The notes under the pieces were generated by a model. That model searched no databases and had not been told where the DNA came from. It saw only the letters and a program-made list of their open reading frames with translations. From Octopus vulgaris (lineage: Eukaryota), in assembly GCA_951406725.2 (NCBI GenBank), contig OX597826.1, positions 6,076,001 to 6,140,000 of the forward strand: a stretch of DNA of 64,000 nt, read 5' to 3'. The translations under genes were made by a program, and so were the position numbers. Shown here piece by piece: positions 1-13,219 of this stretch; the first letter of the stretch is position 1, and the number at the start of each line of letters is the position of its first letter.

Positions 1-312
1 TCACGTGTGCATTTATTGCGACTGTATTTATTAATAAATGCATTGTTTCTTTAAAAGTAAACCAAGACACACACATACACACATACACACACACACACGT
101 GCATATACTGTTATGTATTATCACCGGTGTACTAACGATTTTACCAGCTCAACGCCTGCAGCCTTTGTGCATTAAACTGCTTTTAGCTTTTTCATTTATA
201 ACCAGTTAATGTTTGAAAGAAAACTAGATCAGGTGTGTGGGTGTCTTTCTAATTGCGTTTATCTCCCTCAAACTATATAATGATTGCTGTGGGTTTTATT
301 TACGTCACCATA

Positions 313-652
313 CTGAGACCCCTTCAGTCATGACTGACCATGGGATTGAACCTAGGAAGTTACCCTCCTAGGCACAATTCCGGGCAACGTTGTTTTATGT
401 AAGACCAGCAGTCGCCTATGCATACCGGCCTCCCCTCGCCACTCCACCAGTGTTATCCAAGGCAAAGGGAAAGGGGCCGATACAGCTTGGCACCTGTGAC
501 GTCGCAACTCATTTCTACAGCTGAGTGAACTACAGCAACGGGAAATAAATTGTCTTGCTCAAGAACACAACACGCAGCCCGCTCCGAAATTCGAACTTAC
601 AACCTCACGATCGTAAGCTCGACTCTCTAATCACTGAGCCATGAGCCTTCAC
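313..652 (-). mobile_element. tRNA-derived SINE, full length, with target-site duplication
   Basis: The minus strand starts GTGAAGGCTCATGGCTCAGTGATTAG...GTTCGAATTTC (Pol III A/B-box-like). It is flanked by the direct repeat ACGTCACCATA at 302-312 and 653-663. Confidence 0.8.
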
Positions 653-1342
653 ACGTCACCATAACTTAGCGGTTTAATGATCGGCGAAGCTGGATAGAAT
701 GGGTACATGACGTAATGAATTATGTAGTAAGATCGATATATTCGATTATAACACTTCCGTGCGGTGTTCAGTCATGGCCACAGTCCAATGAGTAAAAGAA
801 GCAAGAATAAATGGTAAAAGATATATTTAACTTCTCTTTTGGTTTCCTTAAATCCAAATTTCTTAAAATTTCCCATATGAACACATTTCACCTAACTCTC
901 AACAATTTCACAGACAAATACTGCTAAGGAAACGGATATTTGACATAAACCATATATTACAACATATTTTAGTTCTGACTTTTGTTTCGAAAGCCATGCA
1001 CTTGAACTATTCATATCTACATGTTTGAACTTTTGACCTCGTAACACGTGATCATTTTAGATAATTCAGTCCCGTTTCCTCTCTCTCTCCGCCTTTCATT
1101 TCAATTTACACCTTATATTTATCAAGTGAGTAATATTTCGCAACCAAGCACATTTGATAGGAAATGTCATCTCGCTGAGCAGGAAAATAAACCTGCTGAA
1201 ATTTATTCAGATTAAATAAGACAACTACACACTTACACATACACACACACACGCACACACACATACACACACACACACACACACGCACACACACACACAC
1301 ACGCACGCAAGCACAAACACATGCCTCTGTACAAACATACAT

Positions 1343-1373
<31 letters not shown>

Positions 1374-1389
1374 CATGTATGTATGTATG

Positions 1390-1491
<102 letters not shown>

Positions 1492-2140
1492 CGTATATTA
1501 AGGGTATATATATATATGCGTTCGAAAAGACGGAAGAGTGAGTAGGTGCAACGCCATAAAATGTAAATTGCGTTGATTTATGATGTCTCGAGTTGTGAAA
1601 TGATTGGTGAAGTTAATCTCTGTCTACATTTTTAAGGTCGTATTTTATTATGTTTTTATATGCTTAAAAAATAACTTGAGAAAGAAACTTACATGAATTA
1701 TGTGCATATAGGTTTGTGTGTAAATCTGTATGTATATATGTATGTATATATGAATTGCTAGATGAATGCGTCGACGTAAGCATATATGAATATATGTAAA
1801 TAGATACACAGGCACAGAAGCACATGTATATAATTTAACACACCCACACCTGAACGCTCAGAAGGATTTCTACGTATGCGAGCATCGCAGCGTGGATACA
1901 ATGTATTCTTTGCATCCGTGAGATACATTTTTTTCGGAACTATAGCAAAGCAATTTGGGTATATGTCCCACCATTGCATCCCTACCTTCCTAGTGTTGAG
2001 TGTTAACTGGAGGCAAAATTTTTAATACAATGAAATTTAGATGCTCGTGTGCACATGCATGCTTATAGATAGAAACACACGTACGTACGCACGCTGACCT
2101 ACATGCAAACATACATACATGAATACATACATACGTATAC

Positions 2141-2179
<39 letters not shown>

Positions 2180-2316
2180 CATACCAGAGGAAGCACATGA
2201 ATGGGAAACAAGATGGGAAAAAATAGTACTCGAATGTTGTAGGTAGAGAAATATGCTATATTATTAAAGCTACAAAAACGTCACAAAAATATTAATGGGA
2301 TCCATTCTCTGTCCCA

Positions 2317-2356
2317 ACTGTCCGACGAACGGCGACGTGAAACTCTGAGTAGCAGT
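2317..2356 (+). ncRNA. Minimal type I hammerhead ribozyme motif (U4->C core variant)
   Basis: ACTGT-CCGACGA-ACG GCGA CGT-GAAA-CTC T GAG-TA-GCAGT. Stem I is ACTGT/GCAGT, stem II is ACG/CGT with a GNRA loop, stem III is CTC/GAG, and the cleavage triplet is GUA. Confidence 0.7.
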
Positions 2357-2389
2357 ATTTTGTGATAGTTTTGCAGCTTTAATAAAAAA

Positions 2390-2442
<53 letters not shown>

Positions 2443-2676
2443 GTTATTTCTTATTGGAAACAACCTTTGGTGGCTATACCAGAAAATGGAGCTATTTTTA
2501 GCACTAGAGTTAACCACTTAGTGGTAACTCTCTTATATTTAAGTACAAATTTGTATTGTCTCCCTGTTTTTTTATGTGCTAAGCCACTTGGTGTTAAACT
2601 GATGGCATTATTAAATTAATATCTAATTTTTCACCCTCCATTATTATATATATATATATATATATTGTTTGCCTCG

Positions 2677-2735
2677 TTAACTGGAAGAATGCCGGAGCAG
2701 GTTTCCGCTCCGAGATCCGAAACTCGGAGTCTTAA
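2677..2735 (+). ncRNA. Degenerate hammerhead-like motif in a TA-flanked fragment
   Basis: TTAA-CTGGAAGA...CGGAGC/GCTCCG hairpin...GAAA-CTC G GAG-TC-TTAA. The 3' half is canonical (GUC); the 5' core deviates from CUGANGA. Confidence 0.4.
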
Positions 2736-2772
2736 TATACCAACCGAATAACTGTCACATATCCTATTACTG

Positions 2773-2845
<73 letters not shown>

Positions 2846-3789
2846 CATATAAATATGTATGATGGAACAAGTGTTCGTGACCTCATGCGTCTGTCAATGA
2901 CATTGGTGTGTAAACAGGGAGAAAAGGAGTCGTCTGGGAATGCTCTGTCCTGCGCGGGGACTCGATCGGATGAGTGATTCATTCTGAAGAGGTGATGGTC
3001 GTACCATGAGCAACCTATGCTGTAACATTCGTCTCTTTCTTCGATTTCTTGCACATAAAAGTTTTGGTCAACTATTTCCGTGGAATTAGCAACTTGACCA
3101 ATATTCACCTCACAGTACATATGCACTTCACACATTGTCAGATAAATTTAAAGGGTAACTAGTAAATATATCTTTCTGAGCTAAATAACCTGCAATGAAT
3201 ATAAATTATTCATTGGTCTATTTATCCTCGGATTTAGCTATGTGCATTCAAATAATTCAAAAATTCCTCAGACGCGCAGACTGTATCGATCAATCTAATA
3301 ACTTTATATTCCAGGTTCCGACGTATCTATCAATAAGTAATAGCTTCTATATTAAATTAGAAAGGCTATCTGATTAAATTACGTAATATCTCTTCTCGCC
3401 ATACTGTTGGTAAAAGGTGTATTTAGCACTCTGCTAAACTACTCGTTAAATGTTCAGCCACTATCTTGCTTTGAGTTGAAGCAACTACTCAATCGAAAAT
3501 TCTTGCTTGGTTTTTGACACCATATTCGCTCACCCATTTGCTGTGTTCGCTATTTAATTTATTTAAATTAACTCTTTCATTTCAAGTTCACAAATTCTAA
3601 CCAGCTGAATATTTATTTCAAAGATAGGCAGTAAAGATAGGTTTTTATTGTAGTAGAGCGTAGGATTATTATAATTCACCTGATCGATCACTTTGGCTCT
3701 CGGTCGGCATCGATATAAAAAAAAAAGAGGTAAATGCAAACGATTAAACGGAATAACGAAGGGAATGGTGTTTGTAACTGCGCTGATAG

Positions 3790-3825
3790 TAATGATAGTG
3801 ATGATGATGATGATGACGATGGTTA

Positions 3826-3856
<31 letters not shown>

Positions 3857-4523
3857 GGTGTGACGATGATGAAGAAGTAGAGGAGGAGAGGGAGGTGGTG
3901 GTGGTGGAGAATGAGGAGGAAGACGAGGAGAAGGAGGAGAAGAAGGAGGAGAAGGAGGAGAAGTATGAGGAAGAGGAGGAGAAGAAGGAGGAAGAGGTGG
4001 AGAAGAAGGAGGAAGAGGAGGAGGAGAAGAAAGAGGAAGGGGAGGAGAAGGAGGATGAAGGGGTGGAGAAGGATGAAGAGGAGGAGAAGGAGGATGAAGG
4101 GGCGGAGAAGTAGGAGGAGAAGGAGGAGGAAGAGGATGAGAAGGATGAAGGAGGTGGTGGAGAAGGAGGCAGGCAAGTCTAGTAATGATTTCACTGGTAA
4201 TGGTGAAGATGAAAATGATGATGATGATGATGATGATGAGAGTGATGACGATGATCACGATCATGACAGTCATGATGACGGTTTATGATGATCATGATAA
4301 TCCTGATGATAATGATAATGATGATACCGACGCTGCTGATGAGGGTGGTTATCATACTGCTGATAAAGGCACGACGACGACAGCGCTGACAATGATAGGG
4401 ACGTCGATGTTGACGACGATGACGCGTACGGCGATGTTGATGATAAGGATGAATCGAACAGCAATCACAAAGAAGACGATAAAAACGTCGATGACAACGA
4501 GAAACACCACCACCACCTGCAAC

Positions 4524-4555
<32 letters not shown>

Positions 4556-4620
4556 CATCAACGCCATCCAGATGAATGCCGTGGTGGTAGTAGCGGAAAT
4601 ACCTCTGTTGTTGGTAATGA
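3790..4620. repeat. Compound trinucleotide low-complexity tract (GAT/GTT/GGT/GAG/GAC/CAA)
   Basis: Directly visible. It produces overlapping poly-E/poly-P/poly-D ORFs in several frames on both strands. Confidence 0.9.
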
Positions 4621-6099
4621 AGATGCCAATGTTTCGCTCAGAGTCGTATTTAATGTGTTATTAGCATTTGAGAGAATTTTAAACATTCTCCTCTAAGTTA
4701 TGATACATTAATATGGTTAATTTTCCTATGTTAGTAATTTTTTCTTCTCGTTTCAATGTCCACAGTTAATTAAGGTTCATCTGTGCTATGATACAATTAG
4801 TCCTAATTTAATATAATTATCTTACGCGTGTGTATTTGAGTATGTCTATAACATGCCTCTCTGTGATTCGTTTATTACATCATGCTAATGCAGGTGTTTG
4901 CATATTATTACGTGACACATGTTGAAATATCAACCGAAGTAAATAGATTGCTAATAAAGGCCTCTGAAGAAGCAGTCTTGATTACTCAGCATAATTTCCG
5001 TTATTAAAAGAAAAAAATAAATAATAACTGCGTTAATTTATATAGTTTTACTAAATGATATAGGAAGTTATTAATTCAATTAATGTGGGTTTCATACTCG
5101 CTAACCCATTATATTTACGATTTTCTCTGAAATTTTTACATTAAAATAATCTGATTTATATTGTTAATTTTGAAATACATTATGGCTGCTTTTGGCAATT
5201 AATTATCGGAAGAAATATAATTTCCTTGTATATGCAATATAAAACAGTTTTCCTTTTCATTTTGTTTGTTGTATAGCAAAACCAATTGTTTAGGATCGAG
5301 CTGGCCTTCAAGGTCAGTGATAGGTTTTGATGTTTTAAGCACCCCTTAATTTCTTCATAATTAGCTCTTGGTTTTTGCCTGGAGATGACAATCTAGTCTT
5401 CCGGCAAAGCTATATTCAACGCGTTACCACGCCATTTACTATATAAAGAAAGGCTTTTTATAAAATACACTTCAAAGTCTCAGATATGAACATGAGCACA
5501 TATACCTACGCATGAAAGAATACACAAGAACACAGAGTCAATAAATGTAGAGTAGATGTGTAAACATTGATTTAAAGGTAATTTAATAGGAAATGAAGGT
5601 GATTAAATCAGCCCCAGCATTAAACTGCTGTATAAACCATTGATCTCAGCAAGATGAATGGCGAACATGAATCCAGGAGATAAATCAGGGTAACAAATGA
5701 TACAAGATATTTTATCCGTTGTATTGATTGTGTTACCAATCGAACTAGATTTTAAAAAAAAACCCAAATACACTCATTAAACTCCAAAATTTAATATTTG
5801 ATAATATCATGAATATGGTTGAAGGTGTAGTAAGGTTTAGACTCTATTTAATATAAATGACTACTTATTACCTTGAGTGAACATAATTTTAAGTAACTGT
5901 AGTGTTTTGTTAAACGCTGGTCAGATGTTCAACCCCACGGCAAAGAATGTAATGGATACAGCGCAACTAGTATCGACGCTTTTTCCTGTATCTTGCCACT
6001 GAAATGTGAAACGAGCAGTATTGAACCAGAAATTGAATACCTCAACATAGCTGTAGGTCATCCCTTTGATGTGGCAGAACATATGGTAGTACTGTTAAT

Positions 6100-6800
6100 G
6101 AGATTTTCAGGGGCTGAGCGGTAAGCATTGGTCAAATTGAACTGGACTAAAGTTTGATCGCATTTTCTCTTCCTAGATACCCGTATCACTTGGTTAAATT
6201 TACCCGTGTGCTCCAGAGACCTAGGCTAGGGATGTGTGCCAAAATATTTATTAATCAAACTGTAATTCGTCATTCTTTTGGAAAAAGAGCTAACCATCAA
6301 CTCTATGAGGAGAAATGGTTCAGAACGGGTTAACCTCAAACGAATATACTTGTTACGAAACAACTTCTTAACTCTTTTTCACGATGATAGGATAACTCCA
6401 TTTGCCATATCCAACAGAATTTTCCATAATTTGTGCGGTGGAATTGCGCATTTTTCGTATAATTTATGAGGCACACCCTATCGCTATGGGTCAACAAATG
6501 CTGATTGAGCATTCTTGACAGCGATTTGAACTTCTTTGTATCTTGTTTCTCCAGTATTAAACTTTTGTTTAAGAGCCACGGTTCTGCAGAACGTCGATTG
6601 TGCACTTAACCTATGTCCCTTATGTTATATGTTTCTCTTTGAGGAAGTTTTGCACAATTTCATTAGACGTTATCATTATCTCAGATATAGGTTTCCGAAC
6701 ACTGACTGGCATGGTTCCTTCATAAACTGTTCATGCTAACTTGTCGATCTCCAAGACTGTTCTGTCATTCTTCGCATGGAAAGGTGCTGGTGAAACCTTG
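6100..6800 (-). pseudogene. Highly decayed BEL/Pao LTR-retrotransposon integrase C-terminal remnant
   Basis: Manual minus-strand translation gives SNEIVQNFLKEKHIT, SRMLNQHLLTHSD, KFCWIWQMELSYHREK (cf. FW.RW..EYL..LRE) and PRSLEHTGK in Pao-like order. Many stops and frameshifts. Confidence 0.4.
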
Positions 6801-7249
6801 TTATAAAATCGTTTAAACCTTATTCCCTCCAAACTAACACTAAAAGTAAATTGCTTACTGAGAATCTAATTTTCTTTTCTCATATGCAACATTCTTCAAC
6901 CCCACTTGTTTAGCTGCTTTTCAGATGTTCCGATATTTCCCATCCTTTCCTGTTTGCTAAAGCGTTCCTTTCACCTTTTGACATCATTTGTTGTGAAGCC
7001 TTCATTTTTACACCTCCTCCGGCTAATATAGTCTCTAGAATCATCTAAAGTTCCAAGTGTAATTTGCTCCAAACCGCCTGCTTATTGGCTGAGTGCATTT
7101 CAAATTTCATTCTCTCTTATTTTTCTCTCTCATTCTTTCCCCGCCTCTCTCTCACTCTCTCACACTTTATCTCTCTCTCTCTCTCTCTCTCTCTGTTTCT
7201 ATCTCATGACTTTTAGTGTTGGCATTAGGTTACTACTTCCTGTGGATAT

Positions 7250-7620
7250 GGTGTGCAATTGCTGCTGAAACGCATCTCATTCTGATAGTTGTGTTTCCAA
7301 AACCATCCTGCATCACAGTAGGTATCTTTAATCTGCGTTGCATCTATATCTGTCTAGATCTTTTTCTGGATTAAAGCAACTTGAGTGGATGTAGAAGTAG
7401 CATAATGGACTGCAGGATATGACCAAACAAATTATGCAGGGCAACCAAATTGTGAATCGATATTGCAAGAGTGCATAAGGGCTTTGAACAAACACGGATT
7501 TCGATAGACCCTAGCATTAAATCACAAGATCTTGTGAAATACGTCTATGGGCCTTTACTGGATTGTCGATTAAGAAGTGTGCCACTTAAGTAAAAGGTTC
7601 GATTTTTTCCCAATGCATCT
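7250..7620 (-). pseudogene. Decayed RTE-type LINE fragment (post-RT region)
   Basis: Minus-strand translation FYLSGTLLNR...LGSIEIRVCS...RRLKIPTVMQDGFGNTTI resembles RTE FCYLGS...FG.L..RVW...I.WQD..N. Confidence 0.35.
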
Positions 7621-9344
7621 TCACACCACAATAGATATAGTATTTGTTGTTTTATCAATGTGAATCAACATCGATGTTGTTTTTTATAAGCGTGCTGGCT
7701 TCACGAACAAAATACGGTCAGACGAACAATAATATTTTCTAATATTATAATATTAAAACAATAAAAGCGAAAATTAAGAAAGCTTATGCTACAAGGGTAT
7801 ATAAACTTCTAATCATGTCTTATATCCATATATCTGTCTGTTTTATTCTCTATAGAAAAACTTGCAACATAAAATAATAAAGCAAAATCGAAAGCATTCA
7901 AAAGAAAAATAAATAAATGCAAGTAAGTAGATAAAAATAAGACAATAGAAACATTATAGATTTTTTTTTCTATCTCAGCCATGATAACACCCGACCGATG
8001 AAGAGGAACGTTCATGCGAATGTTTGGTACATTAATACAACATTGTTGATAGGAAAGGGGGAAAAAAGAGATGATAAGGAAGTCAAAGAACAAAAGAAGT
8101 TGAATAAAGGCAAAATAAGAATAAAAAAATAATAAAGAAGAGCAAATTAAATTATCATTTATCGAGGTTTCAGACAATTTTACGCCAAGACAACATCTAG
8201 ATCGATATGGTATAAAATACAAATTCTTCTGTATTACTCACTTTCTCACCTTGATTATTTAGAAAATAAAACACTCATCATTTAACATAGTCTTCAAAGT
8301 AACATTCTACGCATCGAATACTTCATACATAGAAGAAAAAGTACCAAAAATGGAAACAGTGTAACAAAACGAATAAAACGAATAAAAACTAAAAGAAAAA
8401 AAAAAGAATATGAAATAAATAAACCTAAAATAAATTTTAAGGCAAACGCTAATACATATGTATACAAGAATACAACATATGTACATACATGTATAATATC
8501 TGCGTGTATATATATATATATATATACATACATATATATTTGTGCACACAAACGCATACATACACATGCGTATACGTTTGCGGATATGTATGTACTTCTG
8601 TAAGTGTGCGGGTTTGTGTGATTGTGTGTGTCTGTATTTTCTGTGTTTCAGTGTACATACATACATACATACATACATACATACATACATAGATGCGTAC
8701 ATGCATGCATATACGCATATATACTACTTACGTACACAGATATATATAGAGACATATGTCCATATACATTTTGTAAAATACAAGCAAGATAAACAAATTA
8801 CGAAAGAACTAGTACTTTTTAGTATTTTATATATATATTTTATATGTTCCTTTTGTTTCCTTTATTTATATTTTATTTCATGTATTTTCTATTTATTTTA
8901 TTTATCCTTATTTCCCTTATTCTGGAATGTTTGATAGAATTACTTCAGAGTAAGAAATCGATCAGTTCGAACACGTTATGTTGTCTTATTGCTCAGAAGC
9001 GAGTAATTATATATAAACATTGAGGCAAATCCCCTAATTACATTAGATCTATCCCTTCAGACTATTCTACAGGCGCCTATTTATTCAACTAAGAGCTATA
9101 GAACCAAATATTTAGGCAATCCTTATACTACAAGTTTAGCACGCTTGTGAGCCTGAGAATGGTATGTTTACCAAGCTACATACAATGTTTAACACTATTT
9201 AAAAGCAGAGAGTGACATGTATGAGTCATCCTCTATAGATAAAAAAGAAAATCAATAATCAAACTGAGTAATCAATGATGCTAAAGATGTGATAGAAATA
9301 CTTCATCATTTGTCACACAGAAACTAATGTTAAAATTTCAAATA

Positions 9345-10460
9345 ATAATAATACTTTCTACTATAGGCAAAAGGCCTGAAATCTTCGGAGAGGAGATAGA
9401 CGATTACATCGACCCCAGTGCGTAACTGGTACTTATCTAATCAACTCCGAAAGGATGAAAGGCAAAGTTGACCTCGGCGGAATTTGAAATAAGAACGTAA
9501 GGACGGACGAAATTCCGCTAAGCATTTTCCTCAGCGCGCTAACGATTCTTATTTCTTTACTGCCCACAAGGATCTCCACACAGAGGGGGCAATCAAGAAA
9601 AGACAAGCAGAGTAAGTCTATTATATCGACCCCAGTGCGTAACAGGTACTTATTCAATCTACCCCGAAAGGATGAAAGGCAAAGTCGACCTCGGCAGAAT
9701 TTGAACTCAGAACGTAGCGGCAGACGAAATACTAGTAAACATTTCGCCAGCGTGCTTACGTTTCTGCCTTTCTTCAAATAATCCTTGCTGCCATAGGCAC
9801 AAGACCTGAAATTTTGGGAGAAGGGGATAGTCAATTACATCGAGTCCAACGCATAACTCGTACTTATTTCATTGACCGCGTAAGGATAAATGTCAAAGTC
9901 GACCTCGACGGAATTTGAACTCAGAACGTAAACACGGAGGAAATTACATTAGGCATTTCACCCGGCGTGCTAACGAGTCTGCGAGCTCGCTGCCATTTTT
10001 GAAACCACGATAATAATTTTGATTCTTTTTCAATTCGACACACGGTCAAGAATTTTAAAGCTTGGGTCAACTCTGCTACCTCTACAACAGTGTTCAGATA
10101 GAAGATAATTATAATTTTCTACACTAGCTATAAGGCCCGAACTTTGGTGGATGGAAGACACTCGATTAGATCGACCCCAGTACGCTACTGGTACTTAATT
10201 TATCGACATCGAAAGGATGTAAAGCAAAGACGATCTCAGCAGAATTTGAAGTCAGAATGTAAAGACAGACGAAATATCACTAAGCATTTCGCCCAGCGTG
10301 CTAACGTTTCTGCCAGCTCGCCTCCTTTGGAATTTAAGTATTGACTACGAAAGGATGTTAGACAAAGTCGACTTCAGCAACATTTGAACACATAGCATAA
10401 GAAGCGCAAGAAATGCCACGAAACATTTTGTTCGTCCCAGTAACGATTCTGCCAATTGGT
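9345..10460 (-). mobile_element. Tandem cluster of about 5 SINE copies of one family (Meta/MESC-like core)
   Basis: The repeated unit GAAAGGATGAAAGGCAAAGTCGACCTCGGCGGAATTTGAACTCAGAACGTA...GCTAACG occurs at about 9450, 9665, 9880, 10210 and 10350, all in the same orientation. Confidence 0.8.
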
Positions 10461-10774
10461 AAACCATCTGATTTGGGCGCAATGCCAGCAATTTTGGGGA
10501 AAGAGATTTACTGGATTATATATTGGTATATTATCGACCATATTTGTCGTAACTGTTGCTATTGCTGCAATAGTTCAGACAACGTTCATTTTCATGGAAG
10601 AATGGAAAAAGTGAAGTAATGTACAGCACAAACATTTGACTATTATAAACGAATCATTTGTGAAGGTTGAGCAACAAAAACTGAACATAGACACGTCGTC
10701 TTGAATGGGATATTCCTTCAAATATGTGCACATAAACACACACATACACATACTTGTATATTTATAAATGTTAT

Positions 10775-11265
10775 CTTTTATCTGGTTCAGTCATTAGACT
10801 GGGGTCATACTGAGGCACTCCCTTGAAGAATTTCATTTAGTCGAGTGAATCGATCCAGGGCATAGTCTTTTTAAGCCTGGTAGCTATTCTCTCGATAGCT
10901 TGTGCTGAACAGCTAGATTACGGGACTTAGTGGTCAGGAACAAACGGGTGTCAAGCAGTGGTCAGGAACAAACGCACACACACGGAAACACACATTTACA
11001 CACCCACACACGCACACACACACACACACACATATATAAGAAGTCGGTGCTAGATGTGTCGAAACAATATTTGTGATTAATAATATATTCCCGTATATTC
11101 CATCTTCTGTCTTACCTATATATATATATATATATATATACGGCGTACATGTTTCAGTTTTCTTGAAGCATATCTACTCAAAACTTATTGGTCAGCCTGG
11201 GCTATAGTAATGAATACCTGCCCATGTTGCAGATGCGAAACAAAATTCTTACTCTGCCACTTCCG
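10775..11265 (-). mobile_element. Degenerate SINE (same family as 56410-56826) with expanded internal microsatellite
   Basis: TTCAGTCATTAGACTG...TGTCAAGCAGTGGT...GGTCAGCCTGGGCTATAGTA matches the intact copies in this window. Confidence 0.6.
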
Positions 11266-12691
11266 AGCCTATATCATACCTTGTTTCCTAAGTGTTGTTG
11301 TGTATTGGAATGCGATTCGAGCTTTGTCTTTATCTCTGATTCATCAAATTCAATTTTATTCAGCTAAATCCCTTAAATTTAAAGGAAGTGTATAGCCCAT
11401 ACACTCAATACCATAATTTAAGAGACATTGTGTATATTTGCTTAGTTAAGATATGACTTGCTTAAAATAAGACTTAAGACTAAGTTAAGATAAAATTTTT
11501 TCAAAGAGAAATTTTTGTGGTCGACATTTTGAGGAACAGTTCTTCCGATAGGTACAATGCAGCGAAACATAGCAAGGAAAGAGCTACATAGACGTTGAAT
11601 ATGAATACCGTAAATAAGAAACCTCGAATAATTATCCAGTATGGACATTAAGCGACGTGCCAAAATCATCATCATCGTCATCATCATCATCATCATCATC
11701 AGTCTTCGTCTTCATCGTCGTCATCGTCGTCGTTGTCACCATCATCCCCACCATCATTTAGGGCCCCCTTTTTCCATAGTTACATAGGTTAGACGATTCT
11801 TAATCCAACTTGCCCTTCCCAAATCAAACCACTTCACATAGTGTACCGGATGTTTATTTCGTGACCCCAGCACTGGTGATGCTGCTAAATATCCTCAAGG
11901 GAAGAAATCTCAATTGTGTGGGGTACAGTAAGGAAAATTGAATGGGTAGACAATGGCTCTAGAATAAAATTAGTCTGACCGATAGAGTTGGATTCAGTAA
12001 ATATGCATTTTGGGGAAGAAAATAAAACTGGGTAACGTTAGATTGGTGATAAAGGACAGTAGTTGGGGTACACTATGAAGTGTAGGGGGATAAGCAGTAT
12101 CAAAAGGAATACGATCCCGTTGATTTTATGTTTATATTCACTTTATTTCATTCACATATCATACAAACTTGAACGCGTAATTTGTCGAAGTGAGATTCAT
12201 CGAAAATCTTAATTATCACGGCAGAATTTTTTTCATTCTTAATTGGTAATTCTCTGTAATTACGTGTTCTCTGTTCTCCTGGAGACTGCTATCATGGCAG
12301 TAAGAGAGGGAGAGGGAAAGAGAGAGAGAGAGAGAGAGAGAGGGTGAGAGAGAGAGTGAGAGAGAGAGAGAGGAAGACTGAGTTTCTGTGCTTAAGGGGA
12401 GAGAAACACTGCTGCGATTATTTTTCTCTAGTTCTAAGTTTGGAGGTTTTTGTTTATTCTTCTCCCAGAGGTTAAAAAATGGATATATGGTGAAAGAGTA
12501 TTCAGGGGTTTTATTATGATTCTAGTTTAAGGTGGAAATATTTAAATCAAAATAATAAAATATAAATATCGTAAATTCACGAGATATTTATATTTATAAA
12601 ACTCAAAAATGTGGCATGATTTAAGTAAGAAATAAAGATTTCAATCACTCTTCATGCATATTCAATTATTCAAACGCTTGGGTACACATAT

Positions 12692-12966
12692 TTTTTTTTT
12701 ATTTTTGCGCCCTTTTCAAGCCTAGCCAGGCCCATGGGCCCGGTTTCCCAGTTTCTGTGGCGTATGTGTTCCCTTCAGATGGACGGGACGCCAGTCAATC
12801 GCAGCGTTACTCAAGAAATAGGAAGAAAGAGTGAGAGAAAGTTGGGGCGAAAGAGTACAGCAGGGGTCGCCACCACCCCCTGCCGGTGTTCGTAGAGCTT
12901 TTAGGTGTTTTCGCTCAATAAACACACCGAGTCCGCTGCCCTAACCACTGGGCCATTGCGCCTCCA
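12692..12966 (-). mobile_element. tRNA-derived SINE with poly(A) tail and 15-bp TSD
   Basis: Head GGAGGCGCAATGGCCCAGTGGTTAGGGCAGCGGACTC on the minus strand. TSD CTTGGGTACACATAT at 12677-12691 and 12967-12981. Confidence 0.9.
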
Positions 12967-13016
12967 CTTGGGTACACATATACGAACATTTTTTTAGTAA
13001 CATTTCTCATTTATTT

Positions 13017-13218
13017 GGCGGTGACCTGGCAGAATCGGAGGGTGATCAGAAAAAAATGCTTTGCAGAATTTGTCAGAACGCTTTACCTTCGGAGATCAAA
13101 TCCTGCTGAAGTCACTTTTGCCTTTTATCTTTTCGGTGCGGATAAATGAAATTAACTGTCATGTCCTGGAGTCGATGTGATCGGCTTATCTCCTTGTAAT
13201 TGCTGGCCTTGTGTCATC
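13017..13218 (+). mobile_element. SINE (same family as the 9345-10460 cluster), degenerate
   Basis: GGCGGTGACCTGGCAGAATC...TTTGCCTTTTATCTTTTCGG...GTCGATGTGATCG...GCTGGCCTTGTG. Confidence 0.7.
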
Positions 13219-13219
13219 T

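Noticed and set aside
3563-4664. Long Pro-rich, Glu-rich and Arg-rich ORFs
   Set aside because: Open in many frames on both strands because of trinucleotide repeats; no domain or splice context.
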